Shown: piece after piece, positions 30,641-46,200 of the stretch | Layout of the letters: the number at the start of each line of letters is the position of its first letter | Numbering within the stretch: position 1 is the first letter of the stretch | Assembly (NCBI GenBank): GCA_033977065.1 | Contig: JAXCHI010000003.1 | Span: 32,001-96,000 of the forward strand | Direction of reading: 5' to 3' | Length of the DNA stretch: 64,000 bases | From: Candidatus Algichlamydia australiensis | GTDB taxonomy: Bacteria; Chlamydiota; Chlamydiia; Chlamydiales; JAJFMI01 | Translations under genes and position numbers: made by a program | The notes under the pieces: generated by a model | The model's input: only the letters and a program-made list of their open reading frames with translations | The model's database searches: none | What the model was told of the DNA's origin: nothing

Positions 30641-31605
30641 ATACCAATATCTTTTCCAACGCGCACTGTGTTTAGAGTTGTGTTATCGGGAAAACGCGCG
30701 TATTGCGTAATATTCCATATGTACTGCATCTCATAGTCAAAAGTGATCGCAAAATGGTTGCGCGCTTCATTGAACCAGATCTCCCAGCCGATTCCCGCCT
30801 GCAGATCAACAAGAGGGACCATTCGGGTGTGCTCTTTTGTAAGATCAACCACCTTTACTTCGTCTTGGCGATGTTTTTGGGTTATACTTAAGTCGCCCCA
30901 AAGTGCCGAGAGGGCCAACTCTCCATTCAAGAAAAAGCCTTTTCCTAAGAGTGTGGTTAACTCTGAACCTGCTCGCACTCCCCCACCCCAAAACGCATTT
31001 TCAATTTCAACTTTATACCCTGCCCCAGTAAAGTAAGTTAGATCAAGTTCTTGATCGATCCAACCAATGCGAGGACCGAAAAAGGGGCGTGCAATAAAAG
31101 CTTTGGAGAGAAAGGTCGCACGTCCAATTTCCAAATCTAAAGTTTGAAAGCGGAGAGTAGCATCAATTTTTGCGCGACTCACTTGAGTGGTTTGGATGAT
31201 AGAGGGCACAGCAAGAAGAGGGAAGAGAGAGGCCTCTTGGCAGTCCTCTTTTTCTGAATTGCGAAAATAGGTGTAGAGCAGGTGTAGATCCCACCCATCA
31301 TAGGGAAGAGTGACACCAATACCTGGTCGAATGCCACTGTCAAAATCAAAAGCTACCTCTTTGCTCTTCCCATCAAGGAGAGGCGGCGCAAAAGAGAACG
31401 CGTATTCTGTTCCACTTTGGAATGTTTTCCAGTAAAGGTACTCTAAACTCGCGTAAAATCCCCACGTAGCGCAAGGCCTTGCTGCACGCAGATTAGGGCC
31501 AAAGTCACAGTGCTTATTGACAGCTCCCAGTTCACAAATTTGCTCTTGTAAATCAGCAAAAAAAGTGAGGGGAAAAATCAGAAAAATCAGGAAGTTTCTT
31601 CGCAT
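30604..31605 (-). CDS. Outer-membrane beta-barrel protein, Legionella-MOMP-like porin family
   Basis: Signal peptide, EYLYWK, amphipathic strands, terminal GLTIKGRMDF. Confidence 0.75.
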   Translation of the reverse strand: MRRNFLIFLIFPLTFFADLQEQICELGAVNKHCDFGPNLRAARPCATWGFYASLEYLYWKTFQSGTEYAFSFAPPLLDGKSKEVAFDFDSGIRPGIGVTLPYDGWDLHLLYTYFRNSEKEDCQEASLFPLLAVPSIIQTTQVSRAKIDATLRFQTLDLEIGRATFLSKAFIARPFFGPRIGWIDQELDLTYFTGAGYKVEIENAFWGGGVRAGSELTTLLGKGFFLNGELALSALWGDLSITQKHRQDEVKVVDLTKEHTRMVPLVDLQAGIGWEIWFNEARNHFAITFDYEMQYIWNITQYARFPDNTTLNTVRVGKDIGIHGLTIKGRMDF

Positions 31606-31646
31606 TACTTGGTAGGTTAAGGCATCTGTGTTAAAAATGGAACTAT

Positions 31647-32717
31647 ATGAAAAAAATTTTATTTACCTTAAGTGCAGTACTCACTCTTTTTGCAGAAAAA
31701 GGCTTTGAGTATGAGCACATCAGTAGCAGCGTCTCTCCTTCTATCCATGTCCTTCGTATCGACCCAAAGGAGTATGAGATTAAACTGGTGCCCGCACTCG
31801 ATGATGGGCTCGGGCTTGAGCGTGTAGCTTCTCTGTGTGAGCGCAAAGGAGCTAAAGCGGGAATTAATGGCAGCTTCTTTGAGTACGATAATAAATACTC
31901 AGGTCTTCCGCGCTGGATTTCAAAAATGGAGGGGCGGTATTTTTCTATTTCAAACCAGTCTCATGCTGCTTTTGGGTGGACAAATGATGGAAAGCTCACA
32001 CTATTTGATCAATTAAAAGGCAAAATTTACATAGAGCAGAATAAAAAATTTACGCAAATCCATGGAATGAACGGGTTTCTCAATGATGGGGAGACTCTTC
32101 TTTTTACCCCCTGGTTTCACCGAACAACCCTAACTCCTTACAAAACGCAAGAAGCGATTATTGAAAATGGCAAAGTGGTGAAAATGGCAGAAGTAGGAAG
32201 TAACATTATTCCCGATGAGGGCTTTATTCTTGCTTCTCCTCAAGGAAAACCGGTAATTGAATATGGAGCGCAAGAGATTCGTTATAAAGTTGAGTTAATA
32301 CCTGAAGAGGGCTCCGGAACGGTTGGTCAGTGGGAGCAAGTAGAGAACATTGTGAGCAGCTTTCCTCTTCTCATAAAAAATGGGAAGCGCCATATATTTA
32401 AAGGTGAGGGGCCTGGTGACTACACGATTGATGCTTTTATCAATACTAGGCATCCGCGCTCTGCTGTAGGTGTTCGCAAAGATGGCACGTGGATTTTTGC
32501 CATTATCGATGGAGGAGCAGAATCAGATATCGGTGTTAACCTTCATGATTTAGCTGAAATCATGGAGAAAGAGCAGTGCTACAATGCAATTAACCTAGAT
32601 GGCGGCAGCTCCTCTTCTCTTGTAATTGATGGAGAGTACAAAAATATTGGAAGTGGAAAGGCTGCTCGCGTTGGAAACGCCCTACTCATCTTCCCTCGCT
32701 CTCAATCATCTAAGTGA
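31647..32717 (+). CDS. Phosphodiester glycosidase (NAGPA/DUF2233) family protein
   Basis: AGINGSFF, RHPRSAVG, AINLDGGSSS. Confidence 0.88.
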   Translation: MKKILFTLSAVLTLFAEKGFEYEHISSSVSPSIHVLRIDPKEYEIKLVPALDDGLGLERVASLCERKGAKAGINGSFFEYDNKYSGLPRWISKMEGRYFSISNQSHAAFGWTNDGKLTLFDQLKGKIYIEQNKKFTQIHGMNGFLNDGETLLFTPWFHRTTLTPYKTQEAIIENGKVVKMAEVGSNIIPDEGFILASPQGKPVIEYGAQEIRYKVELIPEEGSGTVGQWEQVENIVSSFPLLIKNGKRHIFKGEGPGDYTIDAFINTRHPRSAVGVRKDGTWIFAIIDGGAESDIGVNLHDLAEIMEKEQCYNAINLDGGSSSSLVIDGEYKNIGSGKAARVGNALLIFPRSQSSK

Positions 32718-33259
32718 AAGACCTCGCTTCGTAGATCTGCTATTACCTCTTTGTAAACGCTCTGAAGGTTTTCCTCTAATGAAGTCACAGGAGTGCGAGG
32801 ATTTTCTCCAGTAAGTCCATGACCTTTAATGTTGGCATAATAACTTTTTAGGAAAATCTCATTCCCTTCTTCAAGAACACGAACTTTTAGATGCACCTTG
32901 CCACCAAACTTGAAGTAGACATCACAATAAAGTTCTTGAATACTTCCCTGAATTTCGTATTTGCTATCTTCAGCAAAGGAAAATCCTGCCAGCTTTAACT
33001 CTTGAGAAAGTGCGCTTGACACCCACTCAGAAACATTCTCTTCTGTTTTAATAGAGACAATAGGCATTCCATACAAGTTTCTGTAGCAACCGATATTTTG
33101 CGGTTTTTTTCTCGTATCTATGAATTCAGAAACACGTACTTGAATAGAATTTTCTGGTTGCTGCTCTGTAATGGGTCTGTAAGCCAAATTGTTTTTTACT
33201 GAGCAACTGGCCAAACCCAAACAGAGAAGAGTTAGGTAAATTTTTTTCACGATAGACAC
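32702..33259 (-). CDS. Lipoprotein (YajG-like)
   Basis: Lipobox LASC; FIDTR motif. Confidence 0.65.
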   Translation of the reverse strand: MSIVKKIYLTLLCLGLASCSVKNNLAYRPITEQQPENSIQVRVSEFIDTRKKPQNIGCYRNLYGMPIVSIKTEENVSEWVSSALSQELKLAGFSFAEDSKYEIQGSIQELYCDVYFKFGGKVHLKVRVLEEGNEIFLKSYYANIKGHGLTGENPRTPVTSLEENLQSVYKEVIADLRSEVFHLDD

Positions 33260-33303
33260 CTCAAATATATTTTGTTTTCGATTATAAAGAGACGAAAAAA
33301 AAG

Positions 33304-33367
33304 AGCAAAAAAAACCGCTTAAGATTTCTCTTTAACGGCGAAGTAAAACTTGGCAACGACCTACTCT
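33304..33367 (-). repeat. Duplicate of the 5S rRNA 3' end and rRNA terminator
   Basis: Matches 33564-33629 (offset 262), including 32 identical nt CGGCGAAGTAAAACTTGGCAACGACCTACTCT. Confidence 0.9.
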
Positions 33368-33375
33368 TACGGCCC

Positions 33376-33526
33376 CAAAACATTGCAATTCCCACATCCC
33401 ACTTGTGGAGCTTACTCTTTCTTTTCATAATGCTTCTTAGCAATAGCCTGTGGCTATTCCTTTCGTCGCATTCTAAAAATCTAGAGCAAGCTGCACTTCC
33501 TGTAATGAGTAAATTGCAATGTTTTG
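33376..33526. mobile_element. ~150-bp element bounded by 15-bp perfect inverted repeats
   Basis: CAAAACATTGCAATT ... AATTGCAATGTTTTG. Confidence 0.5.
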
Positions 33527-33566
33527 CTACCTATACTCTTGTGCAAAAAATCAAAAGGAATTTAGC

Positions 33567-33601
33567 AAAAAAAAAGCCGCTAAAGATCTCTCTTTAGCGG
33601 C
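33567..33601 (-). terminator. rRNA operon terminator
   Basis: GCCGCTAAAGA-loop-TCTTTAGCGGC followed by a T9 run on the minus strand. Confidence 0.8.
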
Positions 33602-33610
33602 GAAGTAAAA

Positions 33611-33725
33611 CTTGGCAACGACCTACTCTCCCATACTCTCGTGCATAGTACCATCGGCGATGAAGGGCTTGACTACTGAGTTCGAAATGGAATCAGGTAT
33701 ACCCCCTTCTCTAATGTCACCAAGA
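33611..33725 (-). rRNA. rrf: 5S rRNA
   Basis: Canonical GATGGTACT...GGGAGAGTAGGTCGTTGCCAAG; ends approximate. Confidence 0.95.
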
Positions 33726-33834
33726 AAGCTCAAGTATCGTCAATTTCAACAATACAAAACGACGTTTGAGTCATCTTATATGGTTTTTAATCTTTTCGTT
33801 GCTCATCTCAAGATGAGATAAGCAATGAAAAAAA

Positions 33835-36773
<2,939 letters not shown>

Positions 36774-37087
36774 AGAAAGTTACGTGATCTAAAGTATATT
36801 AGATCGATAATTGCCACATAAGATTGTGATTAAAATAAATTAATCACCCTATTCTCAAACGTCGTTTTGTATCTTTGAAATTGTTTTCAATTAGATTTTA
36901 AGACGTTAGAATCTAAAAAAGTTTTTTTTAGATTATAATTATAATTTTGATACTTAAGCTATACTTTCAAGATAACAAACGCTCTTCTAAAAGAGCATTC
37001 TGCATTTGACAGCAGAAGAGAAGTGATGCAGTTTAAGGCCAAATATGTGCCTCAACCTAGTTACGAGCGTCTAAACACTCGAACTTG

Positions 37088-38654
<1,567 letters not shown>

Positions 38655-39142
38655 ATGAAAAAAAAATTTATTTACGGGTAGATCCATTTAAAAAATGAAT
38701 CGACCTAGCACATTATTTGGTTTGCTTATGTAACTTACACCCTAGAGTGTAAACTACATCTGCATCACTTCACTTCTACTGTCAAAAAAACTTTGGTCAG
38801 CTCTTAGACTTTGACCTTTTCTCCTTTGAGTGCTTTTCACTCTCAGAGAAGTTCTAAATGTACATGAGACGCGATTTATTACGCAAATGGTTTTGGCTAA
38901 AAAAGTTCGAAAATCTGAAATAAAATAATTAGTACTATATTTTACCACCTTCTTTTTTTTCCTTTTTCCATAGACAAAACATGCTCAAAATGGCCTGTAG
39001 ACACCTTTCGCAAAAAAATTCGCGAGCAAATACGAATGAGGGAAAATTTCTCCGGATTAAAAATTTTTATTTCTACTTTTTACCGTTTTTTTAGGCTAGT
39101 TTTTTACACGCTGCGTGTAAGTATTTATTTTAATCAGATTCA

Positions 39143-39534
39143 AGGAGTGCGAAACACCAGTATTGTTCAGGGATTCCTTTAGAAAGGATTGAATAAATGC
39201 TTTGCTAGCAGGCCAAGTTGAAAAATTTTAAAAGGGGTTATTTGTAGATCGCAAATGCCTAGTGCTCTGTAACAGAGTACTAGATACAGTTAGTTAGAAA
39301 TTGAAAATACCCTTTTCAAGGATTTCTCAACCGGGATATTGGTGAGTGAGTTATTCAGTGGCTCCTTAAAGAGATACTGAATAACTGCTCTTTTCAAAAA
39401 GGGATCAAAAAATGAGGACAAATTGGTTTTGGAGAACGGAGCTAACTCAACTATGAGTTAGTGAGTTCAAAAAACCGATTTGGACCAATTTTTGATCCCT
39501 TATTGAAAAGTCTGAGTTGTTCAGTATCTCCTTA
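39143..39534. mobile_element. Tandem cluster of long-hairpin MITE-like elements with GAGA/CC-ACTGAATAAC-type ends and a nested 25-bp CTAG element
   Basis: 39370-39531 folds along its whole length and is flanked by TAA/TTA; degenerate sister at ~39181-39365; CTAGTGCTCTGTAACAGAGTACTAG at 39259-39283. Confidence 0.75.
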
Positions 39535-40804
39535 GGCAAGAGAAACGAGATAGACTGCCATACCGGCTAAAAATCCTGCTAATGCTGGAAGGCTCGCTTT
39601 TTTCATATATTGAAAAAAAGTTGATTTTTTCCATTCCCATCATTGCGACTCCAGAAGACGAGCCTATTAAGAGGATAGATCCTCCTGTACCTGCAGCATA
39701 GGCAATCATCATCCAAAGATTTGAATCTTGGGGAAACTGCTCAATAGAGTACATTCCCATTGTTGCTGCAACAAGTGGAACGTTATCAATTATCGCAGAA
39801 AAAATCCCAATTAAGGTTGCAATCGCAGGTAGACTTCCTATATGCACTTGTAACCATGTTGCTACTCCTTCTAGAAAACCAATGCTGTCTAGAGAATCGA
39901 TCGTCAAAAGAATTCCAAGAAAGAAAAGAATATTCGATACATCAACTTTTGTTAGGATATGCGGTACACGCAAATGCTGGCGATGTTCATATTTATAGTG
40001 CAAAATATCGGTTACAAACCAAAGAATTGCAAGCGCAATCAGTATGGCCATGTAGGGCGGAACTCCTGTCAACCAATGAAAGATGGGGACAAGAAGTAGC
40101 GACGCTATCCCCATACAAAAGACAAGTTTTGCCCCCGGCTCCTTCTCTTCAATCTGTGGGGGTTCTTTTGTTGTTGTTCCTTTTCGCATAGAGTAGGTGT
40201 AAATCATGAGAGGAACAAGCATACAGATTAGGCTTGGAAAAAAGACTTCGTTCATAACTTTTAGTGTCGTGATTTGTCCTTGAATCCAGAGCATAGTTGT
40301 CGTGACATCGCCAATTGGTGTCCACGCACCACCCGCATTTGCAGCAATGATCACCATACAAGAAAATGTTAATCTTGTTTTGCGATTAGGAACGAGTTTT
40401 TTTAGTATGGAGATCATCAAGATTGTTGTGGTCAAGTTATCAAGTACAGCAGAGAGAAAGAAGGCGAAGAACGAGACGGTCCAAAGAAGCTGTCTTTTGG
40501 AATGGGTATGAATGAATCGCATAACGGTCTGAAATCCTTTATGTGAATCAATGAGTTCCACAAGTGTCATTGCACCTAGCAAAAAGAAGAGAATTTCTGA
40601 TGTGTCTGAGAGTCGTTCTGAAAGATCTGTAATATCAACTGAGAGCGGCTCTAAGTTTCCTAAGAAATAAATAGTCCAACAGATTACACCTGTAAAGAGT
40701 GCCACCGCAGTCTTGTTGAGCTTTACAAAAAATTCGAAAATGATCGCAAGATACCCAATGCAAAAAAATGCAAGGATCAAAGAGTAAGCAAGTGTGGCTT
40801 CCAT
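39532..40804 (-). CDS. nhaD: NhaD-type Na+/H+ antiporter, +1 frameshift in a T7 run near the C-terminus
   Basis: LDNLTTT, ANAGGAWTPIGDVTT, IIDNVPLVAA, GGSILLIGS; removing one base at 39613-39619 restores the last TM helix and a TAA at 39532. Confidence 0.9.
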
Positions 40805-40828
40805 GCCTTCATTTTATATGATTAAAAA

Positions 40829-41785
40829 TTATAATCCAGACTGAATTACATCGTGTAAATGGAGTAAACCGACAAGTTTATTCTCTTTTAATACGGGAAG
40901 CATCATGATGCGTTTTTGTGGATCGCTCTCCATCTCCTCAATAGCTTCAACAATCAACTTATCTCCTGCAATTGAGCGAAATGTTTTGACCATCACCTCA
41001 GATACAGGCGCTTGCAGTATTGTGTCTCCATAGGTTTGCAAAGCACGGCGCAGATCTCCATCAGTAAAAATTCCTGTAATTTTCTCTTCCTCATCTGCAA
41101 CTAAGACGCAGCCACATCTTTTTGAAGAGAGCTCAAGAAGGATGTCGCGCACTTTATCTGTCGGTTTGCAAAGAGGCAGCCTCTCCCCCTGGATCATAAC
41201 GTCAGAAACGTGCGTTGTAATCCGGCGTCCAATCCGTCCTGCTGGATGATTCATTGCATAATCTGACAATGTAAATTTTTTCTCTTCCATTAATGCTACT
41301 GCAAGAGCATCTCCTAGAAGCAGCTGTAATAGGGATGAGGTCGTAGGTGCTAAGTTAAAAGGGCAGAGCTCTTCGTCAAGTGGCAAATAACAGAGTAAAT
41401 CGCACTCTTTTGCTAACCTGCTCTCCCTATTTGATGTCCAAACGATAGTTTGAATGCCGCGAGATTTTACAGCTGTAAGTAGATTGATCAGCTCTTCACT
41501 CTCTCCACTCTTGCTCAAGACAATGAGCAAATCTTTTTCTTGAACAATTCCCACATCACCGTGCATCGCATTTGTTGGAGGAAGGTAGAGCGCGCGTGTC
41601 CCTGTTGAAAGAATGGTCGTCGCGATTTTTTCTGCAATGTGCCCGCTCTTTCCTACACCTGTGAACAAAAGTGTGCCCTGACACGCAAGAAAGAGTTCCA
41701 TAATTTTTTCGGTACATTGAGGATCAATGTTTTGAAAAAAATGATTTAGCGAGTTCTGTTGTTTTTGAAAATATTTTTTCAGCAT
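40829..41785 (-). CDS. kdsD: Arabinose-5-phosphate isomerase (SIS plus CBS domains)
   Basis: TGVGKSG, HGDVG, SKSGES, APTTS, HPAG, GIFTDGDLRR. Confidence 0.93.
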   Translation of the reverse strand: MLKKYFQKQQNSLNHFFQNIDPQCTEKIMELFLACQGTLLFTGVGKSGHIAEKIATTILSTGTRALYLPPTNAMHGDVGIVQEKDLLIVLSKSGESEELINLLTAVKSRGIQTIVWTSNRESRLAKECDLLCYLPLDEELCPFNLAPTTSSLLQLLLGDALAVALMEEKKFTLSDYAMNHPAGRIGRRITTHVSDVMIQGERLPLCKPTDKVRDILLELSSKRCGCVLVADEEEKITGIFTDGDLRRALQTYGDTILQAPVSEVMVKTFRSIAGDKLIVEAIEEMESDPQKRIMMLPVLKENKLVGLLHLHDVIQSGL

Positions 41786-41825
41786 CTTCTTTAATTCTAT
41801 ACCTTTTATCTAATAGAATAAAGGC

Positions 41826-43253
41826 ATGAGTATTCCTATTGCATTTGCCCGCGGGGACGGCATTGGCCCCGAAATTATGGAGGCGGTCCTTCACATCTTG
41901 AAGGAAGCTGGCATTCCTCTAGAGCTTCACGAAGTGGAGATTGGGGAAAAAGTTTATAATCGCGGTATCGCAACTGGCATGGCTCCTGAAACGTGGGATG
42001 TGCTGCGCAATACAAAAGCTTTTTTAAAAGCGCCTATCACGACTCCTCAAGGAGGAGGGTTTAAAAGTTTAAATGTTACCGTACGCACAACACTTGGTCT
42101 CTACGCCAATGTGCGCCCTTGCATTAGTTACTCCCCTTTTATTAAGACCAAACATCCCGATATGAATGTGGTCATTGTGCGAGAAAATGAGGAGGATCTC
42201 TATGCAGGCATTGAGTACCGCCAAACTCCCGAAATTTGCACTTCGATCAAATTAATTTCAGAACCCGGATCAGAAAAAATTGTCCGCTATGCATTTGAAT
42301 ATGCTCGGGCAAATGGTCGCAAAAAGGTGAGCTGCTTCACAAAAGATAACATTATGAAGCTCTCTGATGGCCTCTTCACTCGTGTATTCCTTGAGGTAGC
42401 CAAAGAGTATCCCGATATTGAACATGAGCACTGGATTGTTGATATTGGTGCAGCTAAATTGGCCGATACTCCTGAAAATTTTGATGTTGTTGTTCTTCCC
42501 AATCTCTACGGAGATATCCTCTCTGATGTTGCTGCGCAAATCAGCGGCTCTGTTGGGCTTGCTGGCTCTGCAAATATTGGAGATCATGGCGCTATGTTTG
42601 AAGCAATTCACGGATCTGCTCCCCGCCGAGCGGGCCAAAACATGGCCAACCCTTCTGGTCTTCTTTTTGGCTCTCTGCTCATGTTGCAACATCTTGGCCT
42701 AGGAGAGATGGCCGAAAATATTCACAACGCATGGCTTAAAACAGTTGAAGAGGGCATCCACACTTACGATATTTTTGTGGAAGGAACAAGCAAAGAAAAA
42801 GTGGGAACAAAGGAATTTGCTGAGGCAATCGTAAAAAATCTTGGCATGAGACCGGAACAACTTAAGTGCGCTGCTTACTCAAAAGAGAAAAAAGGTTTTA
42901 AAAAACCCCATTTAAAAACGATCGAAACTAAGCGCGAACTCGTCGGTGTTGATGTCTATTTCTATGCAAAAACTACCCTGTCTGACTTTGTGGAGAAAAT
43001 GAAAGATGAGGGACATGGCAATTTAAAAGTGCAAATGATGACGAATCGCGGAGCCAGAATTTACCCGCACGGACAACCCGAAACTTTTTGTACAGATCAG
43101 TGGCGCTGTCGTTTTACAACTGGTGGCAGCTGCACCCAAAAAGAGATCAGCGATCTTTATGCAAAGCTTAGTGATGCGGGCCATGACATCATTAAAACAG
43201 AAAATCTCTACAGTTTTGACGGGAGCTTAAGCTACTCGCACGCCGAAAAATAG
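41826..43253 (+). CDS. icd: NADP-dependent isocitrate dehydrogenase
   Basis: GDGIGPE, KAPITTPQGGGFKSLNV, NLYGDILSD, FEAIHGSAP. Confidence 0.95.
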   Translation: MSIPIAFARGDGIGPEIMEAVLHILKEAGIPLELHEVEIGEKVYNRGIATGMAPETWDVLRNTKAFLKAPITTPQGGGFKSLNVTVRTTLGLYANVRPCISYSPFIKTKHPDMNVVIVRENEEDLYAGIEYRQTPEICTSIKLISEPGSEKIVRYAFEYARANGRKKVSCFTKDNIMKLSDGLFTRVFLEVAKEYPDIEHEHWIVDIGAAKLADTPENFDVVVLPNLYGDILSDVAAQISGSVGLAGSANIGDHGAMFEAIHGSAPRRAGQNMANPSGLLFGSLLMLQHLGLGEMAENIHNAWLKTVEEGIHTYDIFVEGTSKEKVGTKEFAEAIVKNLGMRPEQLKCAAYSKEKKGFKKPHLKTIETKRELVGVDVYFYAKTTLSDFVEKMKDEGHGNLKVQMMTNRGARIYPHGQPETFCTDQWRCRFTTGGSCTQKEISDLYAKLSDAGHDIIKTENLYSFDGSLSYSHAEK

Positions 43254-43277
43254 CAACCTCCCAGGAACCACAAACGC

Positions 43278-46200
43278 TCAACAAGACACATCCTTTTTTA
43301 CTTTCGTTTGCGATTCATGCTCAGGAGGCCACTTAGAGATGTCTTCAGGAACATAAGATTTTCCATCCCTAAATTTCCAACATTTTTCGGATGGTGTTGC
43401 ATATAACAAACGATGAAGTTGGACGTGACTCTTAGCAGCTACGCGATCCCCAAATGTATAGTACCCAATTTCATTAGGAAATTCATCGGAATATTCATGA
43501 GGATACATAAAAATTTTAGAACCGCTTTTACCTGGATATGCAACAGGCATTCTAGCATCAAATGACTCCATTCCTGTAGGTACTAAAATTTCTTCTACAA
43601 ACTTTAAAGCATCACTCTCAATTTTGTATAGAGCTCTTTCAAGGAAACTCTTTCCTTTGTCTTTGGATTTTGCTTTTTTAACTTTAGCTTTAGAGTAAAG
43701 TCGATTTGCTACAGCCTCCCTCTTTGCATCCACTCTATACATAGCGGTATTTTTTGCACGCTTAATAAAATCAACTGATTTGTCAATATTGGAGAGCTCT
43801 TGCCTAGAAGCAAACTCTTTAGAAAAATGCATCAAATTCATAAAAAAGAGTTCACACTGATATTCAATAAAATTCATAAGACCAAATTCATCCTCGTACT
43901 TTACTGTTGAGAGCTTTAAAGCCAAGTCACTGGCTACTTGAAGTGCAAATAGTTCCATGGTAAACATTTCCGGTAAAACAGTGAGACACTCCATTTTTTC
44001 TTGCAACTCGGTTATACAAATTTGCAAACCGTTAAAATTTCTCCTAAGTTCTTTTTTAGATTTTTCTTCATAATAACTACCTACTGCTTCACGAATTAAC
44101 CCCATCATAGTATTGATAGGAAAAGTTACAAGAAAAGCAGGTCCAGGAAAACCCATAACAGCTAATCCATCATCACTGGCAATGCTAACACCCCACGCTA
44201 AAATCCCCAATGCTGTGCTGATCTTTTGCGACGCTTCATCTCTGGTTAGCTCTACGAACTCACTTTTCCCAGCATAGAGTCCAATAATTACTGCCTGCAA
44301 GCGGTCACGAAATTCTCTAAATATTTGTATTCCATTTCTAATCGAGGGATTTTCATCATTCTTATATTCAATGTCAGGTAGTATTTCTACTTTTTTCAAT
44401 ATCTCTTGACGCTTCACAAGATATTTTCCAAACGATGACAAAGCAGAAATGCAATCCACTGAAATGCCCAGCTTTTTCACTTGTTCAAAAAGCTCTGTAT
44501 TTTCTTCCATCAGCTTATTGTTGCTCTCGATTGCCTTACTAATTTTTGCTTGTTCATTTTTAAGGTCTTGGATAGCTACAGATGCTTCTACGCTAAAAGC
44601 ATTCAAGGCGTCTGCAAACTTCGTCTCCCAGCTCTTAAGATCATCTTTTTGATGAGAGTCGAATTCCTTTTTTAATTTTTCATACTTATTTAATCCTTCT
44701 AAAACCTCACCCTCTAACAAATTAATTTTATTTTTGAGATTGGCTATTTGTGTTACAACACTGGCTATTTGTGCGGAGGTAAACTTTTGCCTAGAGCGAG
44801 TCTTTAACATTTTCCCAATCCAATCCGCCAAATCCTGTCTTTTATTAAAAATCGCATAATCAAGTGGTGTGCGCCCAGTTGAATCTGGTATCTGAAGAAT
44901 CGATGGGTTTGCAACTAAAGAATCAAGTACATCAACCGGAACATGAGTTTGTTTTAATGCGTAATGTAGAGCTGTATCTCTAATTATATCGAATCCACTT
45001 TTCCCTCTATCCCAATTAGGAAACTCTGTATCTATCTCGAACTTCCCTTCTAGATTTGCAAAAGGTGTCATTCCCGAACTAATAAATTGGGTAACTTCGC
45101 CACAAGAATTATCCGCAATAGCTCGCCTTAAATGGACTAAGCTTTGGTAATTATTAGCAATATGGCCTTGAATTTCTGAGAGAGGGCTTTTTATCAAAGA
45201 GCAGTTTTTCTTCTTAAATGCCCCCCAGTCTAAGGCTGTATTAGTCTTAGCTCTAAAAAAAGCCAACACTTTTGTTTCTGCTAAAGATTCGGCAAAAAAG
45301 GGAGGCATTAAATTTTCACCAAGGTCGAGCCATACAATTGTACGCTGATAATTAAATCTTGTTGGCTGGATCCCCTCACCGATTACTTCCATTTGCTTTG
45401 AGTTGAGACTATTTCCTGCCAAACTTACAATTGACAATCGATTTCTTTCTAAAAAGAGGGCTTTAATAAACTCGATGTTTTTTTTAGACGAATTTCCTCC
45501 TAGTTTGTTATTTGCTAGGTTAATTGCATAAAGAGCTTGCTTTTGATTGAATAAGTTTTTTATTTTATTTGTGTTGTATTTGCAATCTTTAAAATTAATC
45601 TCACAGCCAGCAAGATCAAGAGAGCAAACTACACTATTAGTTTTTAGTGCCTTAAGCAATTTATAAACTTTTTCAGCCCCTAGCTTTACGCCTCTAAAAC
45701 TCAACTTAGTAAGCCAAGAAAAGGGGTCAAAAGGGACATTATCAAGCTTCTTTAAAAAAATCTCAAAACCACTGTTACTCTTTTCTGTTTTAAGTTCTTC
45801 GATCTCTTGTTCCAGCTTCTTTGACCTTTTTTTTACCTCCTTCAATGCACGCCCTACATTTTGAAGTTCATTCCTTTGTGATCGAATTTTCCCATCTTTA
45901 CATCTTTCAAAACCGTACGTTCTACGAGGGTCCAAAATATACTTACGCCTTGGTCGGGAAGTAAATTTTTTGGCTGGAATGTCTTTACCTTTATGCCTTT
46001 TAAGATCGTGCACTCGAGGTTCCCAACGATGTTTAGGCCTTCGATCGCAAACAAATTTTTTGATCGGAGTCTGCTTATGTTCAAGTACTTCAAATTTACG
46101 CTTACGTTTATCTCTTGAAAGTAAACTCATTCTTCTACGAAGAGCATCTTTAATAAAAATTTCTTCTTTTTGAAGACGGGTTTCTTTATTTCGAAGACGA

